In this document: positions 48,133-59,369 of the stretch, in pieces
How positions within the stretch are numbered: the first letter of the stretch is position 1
Layout: every line of letters starts with the position of its first letter
Assembly: GCF_964204645.1 (NCBI RefSeq)
Contig: NC_134032.1
Span: forward strand, 8,668,275 to 8,732,274
Source of the DNA: Tubulanus polymorphus
Lineage: Eukaryota > Animalia > Nemertea
Reading direction: 5' to 3'
Length of the DNA: 64,000 nucleotides
Notes under the pieces: generated by a model
Seen by the model: only the letters and a program-made list of their open reading frames with translations
Database searches by the model: none
What the model was told of the DNA's origin: nothing
Position numbers and translations under genes: made by a program

Positions 48133-50337
48133 ATGGCGCCGAAAGTCTCCTTTTTTGCCGTCGCCGTCGGTCGCCGAATCAGCCTATTCGTAGACTGGGA
48201 CTTTTGTGAACAAAGTGTGAAGGGTTTCTCGAACAGTGTACACAAGAAATTCCCGTCCATTAAACTAGCCTGCGAGTTTTTGAATGTGGAAGCTGGCCTC
48301 CAGGTGCCCGATATTTTCGTGCATACGATCGATACGTTGGGCGCAGTGAAATCGATCCCTTCACGTGAATACTGTATTAATAACAATTTTGAGATTCCGC
48401 GTCTCCCAAGCTACGACCAGGGGTCACCTGTAAACAGCCCCCAGCCGGACGAGGGGCTAAGCCTACCACCTGATGGTTGCATTTGCGGACGGCTGGATGA
48501 TGACGAACTTATGATACAATGCTTTAAATGCGCACACTGGGTACATTACGGATGTACGAAGCTGCCAGTGTACCAGCTGTTCCTTCTGTGCAAAACCTCA
48601 AGGAAATTCCAGTGTGAAAGTTGTACAGACGTAGACTGTGATTTCGCCGCGAACTGTTCCGTCTCAAGTGCTGCGGCACCACATGACTTGCTTTTATCCG
48701 ATGCCGGAACACAATGTTGTCTTAAGCCAAAATCTGTCTCGTCCGGAATGCAATGTTGTCTTAAGCCGAAAACTCTCGCGTCCGGAACGCAATGTTGTCT
48801 CAAACCGGAAACTGCCTCGTCGGGAACGCAATGCTGCGCACCGATTGCTGCCGAGCAGGAGACTGCCTCGTCTAGATTGCAATGTCTTCCCAGCACAGTA
48901 TACCCGACTAACGACGCAATCCGAGATCTAGAAACACGTCTTGCGGATAAACTCCTTAAAGCAACCCAAGATATCGAGGTGCTGAAAAAACAGACGCTGG
49001 AAAAAGAACTGTCACACGCAAACAAACGAGTAAAGGAGCTGACCACTGCCTTGCGCTCCGCGGAGGAGAAAAGTGGGGCCCTGGAAATACGCCTTGTTAG
49101 TTTGTGCGATAAGATCCTGAGTCTCACACCGGGTAACCATTCATGCAATCGCTGCACCGAGCTTGAGGCCAAATGCTCGGCGCTAGAGCTGGAGGCTTCG
49201 CAAGCTCTCTCCCTGAGGGACAACGCTATGAGAAAGCAAGACGACTTGAACAGTGCATTGATCAATAGCAGAGAAGCTGCCGCTAAAGCTGAGACTAACC
49301 TCAGGGACAAACAGATCTCTATAACATCGCTGGAACACGCCGTGAGCGAAGCGAATAAGAAAATGAACTCTATGTCAAATGAGTTGCTCGCGTTAAAAAC
49401 GGCCTCCAATGCGGGTGCAGATCTGCGCACCTTTGAGGAAGTTCCATACAGCCGCCAGGGCGCGGACATTATAGTTTTGGGTAACTCTCATACGAGACCC
49501 CTCATTCCTTCAAGATTGTTCCCGAGAACAAAAACGCGTATAAATACCCTACACGATAAGACAATCAGTGGTGCTATCGAGTTCGTAAAGGGTCTGACAC
49601 CAGACAGCAGAGTTAAGTGTATTATTCTGCAAGTTAGCGATAACTCGTTGATTAACCTGTCTGTAGACGAATCAGTGTCACAATTATCAACCCTCATCTC
49701 AGACTGTGCCGCCAAATTCGAAAACGCCAAGATATTCGTAGTTGAGCCTTTACCGCGTAGCCTGGCAACGAGTCAGCAATCCCTATCGCATCAACACAAG
49801 ATAAATGACTTTAACAGCAAAGTCTCTGAATTGGAGTGCTTCACCATCGTTTTACCGCCGCCGCTCCGTGAAGTCACTAAGAACTTCTTTAAAAGTGATT
49901 GCGTACACCTGAACGGTGACGGGGTGCGCGCACTCGTAGACTGCTACCGTAGGTCCATAGCACCTAACCGCGAGACATCGAATGATTCCAGGGCGAACAA
50001 CAATGACCCACCGAACCAGGGTATGGTAGTCAGGGACCGCGCGGACCTGAACCATCACACTCCGCAACAGGATACACACTATACGACGCGAAGCGGAACA
50101 TTCCACAACGCGTGGAATGGTCATCACCGCATGCCGCAAAACAGACCGCGCCACACTTCGCAACATGGATTTAGTGACACACCGCGAAACGGATCTCGTA
50201 ACTCGCCGCGTTTCCACAAAACACCACGAAATGGATTTCCGTCAGAACGAAACCCAATGCATATTGTTTCTCAACTCAGTGATATGCTGAAACACGCATT
50301 CTCCGGGCTGCCGTATCAGTACCCACAACAATTCTGA
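48133..50337 (+). CDS. LINE ORF1p: RNase H1-N/Cauli_VI-like domain, PHD finger, TQC repeats, coiled coil, SGNH esterase
   Basis: FFAVAVGRRISLFVDWDFCEQSVKGFSNSVHKKF; CICG..MIQCFKCAHWVHYGC..FQCESC; heptad region; IIVLGNSH ... DCVHLN. Confidence 0.85.
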   Translation: MAPKVSFFAVAVGRRISLFVDWDFCEQSVKGFSNSVHKKFPSIKLACEFLNVEAGLQVPDIFVHTIDTLGAVKSIPSREYCINNNFEIPRLPSYDQGSPVNSPQPDEGLSLPPDGCICGRLDDDELMIQCFKCAHWVHYGCTKLPVYQLFLLCKTSRKFQCESCTDVDCDFAANCSVSSAAAPHDLLLSDAGTQCCLKPKSVSSGMQCCLKPKTLASGTQCCLKPETASSGTQCCAPIAAEQETASSRLQCLPSTVYPTNDAIRDLETRLADKLLKATQDIEVLKKQTLEKELSHANKRVKELTTALRSAEEKSGALEIRLVSLCDKILSLTPGNHSCNRCTELEAKCSALELEASQALSLRDNAMRKQDDLNSALINSREAAAKAETNLRDKQISITSLEHAVSEANKKMNSMSNELLALKTASNAGADLRTFEEVPYSRQGADIIVLGNSHTRPLIPSRLFPRTKTRINTLHDKTISGAIEFVKGLTPDSRVKCIILQVSDNSLINLSVDESVSQLSTLISDCAAKFENAKIFVVEPLPRSLATSQQSLSHQHKINDFNSKVSELECFTIVLPPPLREVTKNFFKSDCVHLNGDGVRALVDCYRRSIAPNRETSNDSRANNNDPPNQGMVVRDRADLNHHTPQQDTHYTTRSGTFHNAWNGHHRMPQNRPRHTSQHGFSDTPRNGSRNSPRFHKTPRNGFPSERNPMHIVSQLSDMLKHAFSGLPYQYPQQF

Positions 50338-50635
50338 AAGTCTCTCGTGCGTTTGTCTGGTGCTCTCAATTTACCCTGCTGTCGTGTTATGCTGCTGTGC
50401 CTGTAAACCTTTACGTTTATTTTTTCTACAATATGTATGATGTATTAATATATGTGGTAAAGTATATATCTTAATGTCCCAACGAAACTGCTGTGTCTAT
50501 AATACTAATTTACTAGTTACTAGATATTCCTATTACCTCAACAACATATATACTCTACTGTTCTGCAAGAATGTTAACTGCGTATACTTGAATTACTTTG
50601 TTTTAGTCTCTTACTTGTACATTTCTCCTATCAAT

Positions 50636-53600
50636 ATGGGATCCAGTGTGCTCAAAAGTAAACTATCACTAGGCTGCTGGAATGTCGATGGCATCCACAG
50701 CAGAATTGCTGGCCATCGTGTCTGTAAACTTATAAATGATGATGTAAAAAACCTATTATGTAAATACGATCTGTTTGGGCTAATCGAGACTCACTGCTCA
50801 AGTAAAGATGTCCTTGAATTAACTGGCTATAAAATCTTTCAGAACACACGGTCCAGAAGCCTTAATGCTGTTCGTAATTATGGCGGCATTGCCATCGGTG
50901 TCAAAGACTGCATTAGGGAGGGAGTCAAGGTACTCCCCTTTTCTTCAACCGAATATGTCTGGATTCGCATCTGTAAAAAATTTTTCAACCTTCAATCTGA
51001 CATCTACTTAGCTGTAGTCTACATTAGCCCGCAGTCGTCCTCTGTCTCAAAGCTGGGAGAGGATATTTTTGACCTACTTGAAAATGATTTAGCCTTTTAC
51101 TCCACTAGAGGTCAATGTCTCCTCATGGGAGACTTTAATGCAAAAACTGCCACTGACCCGGACTACTGCTTAAATATCCCTTCGAACTGTGATATCTTTG
51201 ATTATGTTGACCCCCTGGGTGACCAAAGCTTAAAACGTCGCAACTCTGATCCACACCTGGTGGACAGCCATGGTAGGAAACTACTAAAGCTATGTAAAAC
51301 ATCGGGTGTACGGATACTAAATGGCAGATGCTTAGGTGATTCAGCTGGAAATTTTACATGCTATAGCCATTCAGGCGCCCCAAGTGTCATAGACTATTCT
51401 TTATGCTCAATAGACTTAATGCCGACCATCGACCTTTTCAATGTTGGCCTGCCAAATCTATACTCCATACATAGTGTGCTATCAATCATCCTTTCTGTCC
51501 ACTATTCTATCATGTCAGGCGTCCCTAGCCCCCTCGGTTGTTCCGACAACCGCCCTCCAGAGAAGTACATCTGGAGGCCAGGGGATGATAAGAAATATAT
51601 AGAGGCCCTCAACTCCCAGGAGATCCGCAATGACATTAAGTCCCTCCTAGAAAATGAGACTGGCATAAATGATAATATCAATAGTCTCTGCTCTATTTTC
51701 TCTAAAGCATGTAAGAAATCGCTCAAGCGGAAAAGTAAACTATCGTCTAAGCCAAAAATACATAAAAACCCACAGAAATGGTTCGACTCAGAATGTATAG
51801 CTAAGAAAAAAGAGATACTACGTCTGACACCTCTCCTGCGTAAAAACCCATTTGACCAATTTTTGTTATTCAAATTTAGATCACTGAAGAAATCCTACAA
51901 AAAACTTCTTAACCAAAAAAAGGCCTACTATAAAAATTTTATCCTTTCTCAAATGGACCATCTTCGCTCTAAAGACCCTAGAGAGTACTGGGCCTGTTTG
52001 ATAAACTCAGAAATATCGACAAACGCCAGTTCTCTCCTAATATAACTCTAAATCAGTGGTCGGATCATTTTACTAATCTTTTAAATGGCTCATTTAATAA
52101 ATCCCTAAATCCTCCTGAAAATAATATAGATATTCTCCCTGACCAATTTTACGCTGAGGGAGCTGATAAGCTTGACTCTGAAATAACTACTGTTGAAATC
52201 TCCAAGGCTATCTCAAGACTAAAGAATGGTAAAGCAGTAGGTCCCGATAATATCTCTAATGAAATGATAAAAGCAGGACACTCCCAGCTCCTCCCCCTTC
52301 TCCACAATATTTTCAACCAAATTTTAGCCTCGGGTACCTTCCCAGAAGCCTGGCGCTGCAGCAGTTTGCATCCAATTTTCAAAAAGGGGATAGAAACTCG
52401 TGCTCAAACTATCGGGGCATTGCGATTGGGAGCAATCTGTGCAAATTATTTTGCAATGTTCTGCATGATAGATTATATAACTTTTCGGAATCTAATAAAC
52501 TTATACCCCAGTACCAAATCGGATTCCGCAAAGGTATGCGTACGAGTGATCACATTCTAACACTAAAATCAATCATCGACAAATACATCAATCAGATCTC
52601 CAAACAGATCATCTTCTGCTGCTTCGTCGACTTCAAAGCTGCATTCGACTCTATCCACCGTTCAGCTCTAATCTACAAACTTTCTCGCTTTGGTATCGGA
52701 GGGAAATTCCTTACTTTCATCAAAAGTCTGTACTCTGATGTCCGTTACAAAATCAACTTCCAGGGTAATACTAGTTCAGAAATTAAGTCCCTTATAGGTG
52801 TCAAGCAAGGGTGTGTGCTTAGCCCTCTACTCTTTAACCTTTTCACAGCTGATCTACCTAATATCTTCTCAAACTGCGACCCGGTTACTCTACACGAAAC
52901 AAGTATCAACTGCCTCCTCTACGCGGATGATCTTGTCATTATAAGTAAATCGCACAAAGGCCTACAAAAGGCACTTGATAATCTGTCGTCTTATTGCACT
53001 ACTTGGGGGCTTACAGTAAACCTCCTGAAAACCAAGATAATTATTTTCACCAAATCTGGCAGAGTACTGACCAAGTATAATTTCCGCTTCTCTGGCGCTA
53101 ATATAGAAATCGTTAAAAGCTATAGCTACCTTGGCATTACATTCTGCCCCTCTGGCAAATTCAACAATGCCTGCGAAACTCTCTGCGATAATGCTTCGAA
53201 AGCCCTGTTTAAATTGAAAACCATAGACATCAGAAACAATCTAACCACAGCCTACAGCCTTTTCAATAGCCTCATACGCCCCATCATTCGGTACTGTTGT
53301 GAGATATGGGGCTCCGCCTATATCACTAAATTAGACCCATCTAACTTTTACGATATCTGTAACTCTCTACCCTGTGAAAAATTGTTCATCAAATTTGGCA
53401 AATATCTACTCGGGGTAAAGAAACGCTCCGTTAATGCTGCTGTTCGTGGTGATCTGGGACAGTTCCCTCTACTTGTAACCTTCTTGCCACTCATGGTCAA
53501 TTACTGGCTGCGCATCTGTAAAATAGACAGTTCGACTATTGTATATAAAGCATATCTTGAAAACATAACGTCCATGCACTCAACCCAGAACTGGTGCACA

Positions 53601-54176
53601 AGTCTCCACTCACTTCTGGAATGCCTCGACCTCTCAGGTGTTTGGTGCAATCAAGGGTCAAACCATCCAAAAAAGATAATTAATCTACTGCAGTCTAAAA
53701 TAAAAGCTCTTTATTCTTCCATTTGGCTCAAAGAAATTAATGACTCAAACAAAAACCCAAAACTCCGATCCTACAAACTATTTAAATCACGCTTCATTAT
53801 AGAAAATTATATTGTTGCCAACAACTTCACAAATCGCCGCGAATTCTCCAAATTACGCCTTGGGTCCCATCATCTCCGTATTGAAACTGGACGACATCAC
53901 AAACCTCCAATACCGGTTCCCGATAGGATCTGTCAATTTTGCTCAGATCAATCTGTTGACGATGAACTGCATTTTCTGATCAACTGTTCATACTCCGACA
54001 GTGCCAGGTCTGATATTTTCACGTATTTGGACACTTTTACCGATTTCAGGACCATGTCTCACATTGATAAATTCGCCTTTCTGATGTCTTACAATAACAA
54101 CGATCCCGAAATTTCCACAATTGTTTGCGATTTGGTCAATAAACTGGTTAAGCTAAGACTCGACTCCATTTCATAG
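50636..54176 (+). pseudogene. LINE ORF2 (APE endonuclease + reverse transcriptase) with two frameshifts
   Basis: WNVDG, ETH, GDFNA, ILNGR..GD..G.FT, SVIDY; KAVGPDNI, NYRGI, FVDFKAAFDS, GVKQGCVLSPLLFN, LYADD, YLGI; RIC..C...DELHFLINC. Shifts at ~51990 and ~52385. Confidence 0.92.
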
Positions 54177-54673
54177 TAATTCCTCAGCTTTGCGACTGAG
54201 GGCGCTTTTCTAATTATTTCTTGTATAAGTTCTTGTTTTTTTGTTTTTTTGTTTTTGTTTTTTGATTATGCTACTATGTATTATGTATTCTCTATTTAAT
54301 GTCATTCTTTAATGTTTTGTCCTGTAAATTTATTGCATGTCTTATCCTATGTATAAATGTTATATACGGCGCAATAAATATAAGTTCAAGTTCAAGTTCA
54401 AGTTCAAGTTGTCGAATCTGAATATGGAGCTTATGTAACGAAAAAGAACTTTTTCATTTGGCCTTATACTACTTTATATTCATGCATAGAAAGCAATAAT
54501 ACCCAACAATATGGTGCTTTAGGAATAATCGGTGTAGTTGAACTAGAATTTGCATTATAGCAGCGCAGAAAGCTAGTTCTGATTGTTCTCTACCGATTCC
54601 GTAATTATCTTCGGACGTTCGTTTCGACCACAACATATTTTCTCTTTGGTAAACGACACTTCAGGACAGGAAG

Positions 54674-55570
54674 ATGAATGATATAAAATACAGCGAAGCT
54701 TTCCGATCATTTCGTTTGCATCACAGCGAAAATAATTTCGGACCGAAGCGATTATGTGAAGCCGTTCGCGCTGTCCGTAAGTCTTCTAGCGACAAACTGT
54801 CGGCAACAGACAATAGCAGGTGGAGAGGTTTGAGGCTGCTATCAGTCGGTTCGGCTCACGGATATTTGTTGGAAGACGTGGTGACCGAACTCGGCGATGA
54901 AGTGAGTTTCGAACGCATGGACTGTATTGAACCAAACGACGCTATGGCACGGGAGCTGGAGACTCGAATGAATACACTCGCCAGCAAGTACAACTTCGAA
55001 TCCGAGGTCTATAAACGTAAGTTCTCTAGCGAGGAGGCGCCTTCTTTCTTACCAAATGACTTCTATGATTTGATAATTTTTTCGCACGTGCTCTATTACT
55101 TGGACAACCCGGCAGAATGTTTGGATGTGTCGCTCTATAAGCTAGCTAACGAGTGTGGACGAGTGTTCCTGACTTCTACGACGAATGAAAAGGTTTTCAG
55201 CGTTTGTCAAGAAATCCAAGCTCTCGCCGATGACGGTCAATCCATTCCCTTCATTCGATATGACATAGATGAACTCCTACGCATGAAAGCGGCTAAGATG
55301 AAGGTGGTTTCGCGCTCCACCGATGAGGCCGCACTTCTGATGCACCTAGCTCTGAAAACAGCCAGATTATGCGTCAACAAACAGGAAGCAGCCATTCGTC
55401 AAATGTGCCACGCGATACCGACGTTTATCACTGGCCTAGATTTAGATACCTTAGCAGAAACGTTGCGCGCACAAATTCAGGATGTCATCCGTAAACATGT
55501 CGTATATAGTTATGGGTTCCCGATGTTGCCTATGACACTGGAAAACTTCTTACTGGCCAGAAACGTCTGA
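54674..55570 (+). CDS. Class I SAM-dependent methyltransferase (histamine N-methyltransferase-like), single coding exon
   Basis: Motif I LRLLSVGSAHG, CIEPN, FYDLIIFSHVLYY; candidate splice acceptor TTCAG just upstream (54664). Confidence 0.75.
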   Translation: MNDIKYSEAFRSFRLHHSENNFGPKRLCEAVRAVRKSSSDKLSATDNSRWRGLRLLSVGSAHGYLLEDVVTELGDEVSFERMDCIEPNDAMARELETRMNTLASKYNFESEVYKRKFSSEEAPSFLPNDFYDLIIFSHVLYYLDNPAECLDVSLYKLANECGRVFLTSTTNEKVFSVCQEIQALADDGQSIPFIRYDIDELLRMKAAKMKVVSRSTDEAALLMHLALKTARLCVNKQEAAIRQMCHAIPTFITGLDLDTLAETLRAQIQDVIRKHVVYSYGFPMLPMTLENFLLARNV

Positions 55571-56864
55571 AGAACACGTATGAATAACCATAATTCGAGG
55601 TCCGGTTGAAACCTTGTGTAATTCATCTAACTTATGTTGATCTAGTGTATCCAGAGTGAAAATTACGTCATCATACATTAGTTGGGATAATAATCACGTT
55701 CACGTTCATTTCTTGTATTTTCTTCCATTTAAATTCATTTCTTTATACTCGTATTAGGCCACGCAAAAAATAATAGCTAGCTTGTTTCTCATCGGTTTCA
55801 TTTCGGCGCGCCAAAAATCGTTCTTCAGTAAGAAATAAGCAGAATATGAATATGCGTCCCGTATGCAGAAAGCTGTCTTCGTTTCTTTCTTTAAAGTAAA
55901 CGCATCCCGATAAACAACCTAATGACACTTTTAAATGTTTTTGTCTGACGGTCGATACTTTAATTATGAATGGCAGGTGAGCATTTCGCTAACGAAGTGC
56001 TTTCCGTCGCCATTCAAGGTCGTTGACGCCTTTTATAACGCAATTTCCTCATTTAGGAAATTAGAAATTGTCGCCCTCGTCACTGTTGCTTTTGGAATTT
56101 GGAATGATATAAGGCTTTTTGTTCCTCTTTTATTTTTCTTTCAAAGTTGAGGTGAAAATGAAAACCTGCCTCCCTCGTCACATTTCCCAAAAAAGGACTG
56201 ATGAGAATCAAGGGTATCTCTTTTGCGTAGCCATACAAGCGCGTCTGTTTGTTTAGAATATGGAAACTGTAAGGTGGTGGCCTTTATGCATGAATATTAT
56301 GTAATGGTAAATAATATATGGCAATAAGAAAATTGAATAGAACATCCGGTTTTTTGTGTGAAGCTCGTTGTTATTTGGTCAAGCGAGCGTAACAGTTTTC
56401 CCCTAATTAATTTTTAGCCGCTTATAACAATATATGGTTTTTAAAGATTTCATTATACTCACGATAAATTTAGTAGCACTTGCAGCTAGTGTGTCACTAC
56501 GCTGACATATTCGATTTCAGACATACTATCAGGAAATGCTTTGGGCACAGCAGAAGCAAAAAGCTACTGCCCTACGAAAATACAGTGAAACAGTTGGCAG
56601 CTCTGTAGCGCACCTAACCCTTCCATTAATTCACCAGGGGCCGGTTCCATAGTCGAGACTTAAGTCCAAAAGTGGTCTTAAATCTTAAGACTGGTCTTAA
56701 GCTGTTAGATTAGCTATAGAACTAAGATAGTCTTAGACTGGTCTTAAGTCTAAGCGATGAGTATGGAACCGGCCAAAACTAAACTCTAAAAGTCTCACTG
56801 AAATCTTTTTCCTCTCTCAAATAACAGCGAAATTTTCTCAAAGCGCGACGGGGAGAAGACATTT

Positions 56865-57788
56865 CGGCCCAAGTCCGATATACGACATTATAGTGCAACG
56901 TGTAGAGATACTTTTAATGCGCGCAAGCTGAAATATAAAAGCGTAGTAATATGGAACTAAAAGAAGTTTCATGAAAATAGATTCCTTGATTGGGATCCAT
57001 ATTCTACAGCTGATGGCACGCGACACCTTACATACTAGGGCGATGACTCTAAATGACGGTTGACAGGTGACACCCAACACACCAGTTAGGTGACGACTCC
57101 ACAGGACGGTTGACAGATGACACCCTACACACCAGTTAGGTGACGACTCCACAGGACGGTAGACAGATGACACCCTACACACCAGTTAGGTGACGACTCC
57201 ACAGGAAGGTTGACAGGTGGACACCCAACACACCAGTTAGGTGACGACCCCACAGGACGGTTGACAGATGACACCCTACACGCTTCATGCTTGAATCAGC
57301 TGCTATCTGTGCTGACAGATTGGTTGTTGATATTTCGTTTTTATACCGAAATAACGTAACGCTCAATGCAGCATGAACTTAAATAGGTAAATATGGGGAC
57401 GCTTATTCACGCATGAACTTGCCTGTTTTGACAGTGAAATTGCTAAAGTGCATGCGAATGTGCCCCGGAAATAGATTTGCAATTTTATTCATGTACCTTT
57501 TTTGGTATTTTCGAAATATTAAACATATATAGGCCTATGTCATCCGCAACCTTATGATTCTTACACAATGCATATATGATAAACAATGACAATCTATAAT
57601 GAAGAAAAATATCAGCAAAAGGCAGATGAAATAAAAGCCACACTGCAGTCATGGTTGACAGGTTGCCAGCTCGTCTCGTCGTTTACTCTAACTGTCAACT
57701 GTCAACTGTCAAACGCTGTTAACACTGACCGAAGAACGCTGTGTAACTCTACACACGCACTATAATGTCGTATACTGGACTAGCGCCG
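56865..57788. mobile_element. Second, inverted copy of the minisatellite-bearing TIR element
   Basis: Reverse-complement similarity to 45543-46828, including TIRs and ~60-bp tandem units (~57040-57280). Confidence 0.8.
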
Positions 57789-59146
57789 AAATTTCTACTC
57801 AATCCCATTTTCTAATTGGACGGGACATGTTGTATGTTGTAACGGGTGTTCAAATTGAAGGTTCAGGGCGATGTGGGCTCCACAAAACGACGGGGCTGGC
57901 CGACTTAAACCACATATGTCTCAAAAATGCCTCATGTCATTATCCCTCGGCGAACCTGATTCGAATCTCGAACCTCGATTCGAACCTGATGGCATCGGTA
58001 TACGACTCAGCCGCGGCTGAGAAACCCTGCCACACTAGTCTTGCCCGTGCACTAATTACGAATTAATCAAACTTGACAGTTCACAACACCGAGCGACAGG
58101 GCGATAAACAAGAATCCCATTTTCTAGATGTACTATGCACAGTGAAATTAGGTCACACCGATTTCATCTTACACATATTAAGTCGCAAGGTATACTTGGC
58201 GACTAATAAAACTTAATAAACCTTTATTCAAATCTGATTCCGATTGTGAAATTCAAGTTACTTTCGACTAAAGCATCGCCAACTAAATTATCATGGGTTC
58301 GATTTATTGTGCTGCTTTGTTTAATCTCTTTTTTCTCCCGGCTGGTGAGAATGTGACTCGCATGTGAATCTAACACGGTTCATTTCAGTGTATAGGCCTT
58401 TTTTCCTAATCACTTAGGCATTTTGAATTTATTCCTTTTATTGGAGTATTGTTCAGATACAATCTTGGAAGGACTGCGGAAATGAGATAAAGGAACAGAA
58501 ATTGTGATGTAAGATTGCTGCCTCCATAATTCAGACATCATCAAACGCCAAAATGTTTATCATAACAATATTTCTGCTCGATACCGGCATTCCAAAGTTC
58601 GAACTAGGGTTTCATCATCTAGAATATGCTTTTTGGGGATATTTCTATATAATACACTAGGTACTGCTATCTTTGTGAAGCATGTACTTTCTGCTTGTCG
58701 GAACTTGTGAATCCAGTTTGGAACAGCTGAATCATTTTTCAAAAAGCGGCTTGATCGTCTTTTTCTTTGTAAACTACCGCGACCACCGAAAGTCACCGAC
58801 TGAAAAATGAGGAAATCCATCCGGCCAACGATAACCAAAATGTTTCATCGTGGATTTGGAATTCATCGTTCCCGTACAACAAATTACGAATTCAAGACAA
58901 AATCGAAATATCAATCAATTTGTTGGTGGTTTTTATTGTGTTTCATAATTCAAATTTACAATGCATGCACATGCTCGAAAAACCATCCACTCATGTTACA
59001 CGAATCGAATGTTAATTGAATAAACCTCATTTTTCCCTTAATGCAATTTATAGTATATTCAATTACAGTTACATAATCAAGTGCCCATTAATAGTGTTAC
59101 ATGTCAAAAGAAATGAGCGTCTTCTGAATCCAATGTATGTATACGC

Positions 59147-59369
59147 AGGGCTGCCAACCTCTGAAAAGTGGTATCAGTAATAAATTGAAATTTTTTCAGT
59201 AACGTTTCATTGAAATCTGAAAGAAAATGTTCCCAATTAATCAGCAATCAACAGTCAGACCGTCAGTAACATCTTTTATATTTCCGTACGCATCGAACAA
59301 ATCAAATCGGTAATTCTCGTCATGAAATAGTAGCAAATACTGAAAATCAGGAACAGTTGGCAGCTCTGC
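59147..59369. mobile_element. hAT-like MITE (CAGGGCTGCCAAC...GTTGGCAGCTCTG); relative at ~26375-26585
   Basis: TIRs plus a shared internal TCAGTAA-rich sequence and AAATACTGAAAATCAGGAACAG. Confidence 0.65.

Larger units (their letters stand above)
48100..54410 (+). mobile_element. Near full-length non-LTR retrotransposon, RTE-X-like
   Basis: ORF1 + APE-RT ORF2; AATAAA at 54373 followed by an (AAGTTC)n tail at 54382-54410. 5' boundary approximate, no TSD found; clade assigned by eye. Confidence 0.88.

Noticed and set aside
48546-49469. 307-aa antisense ORF in LINE ORF1
   Set aside because: Shadow of the coiled-coil coding strand.
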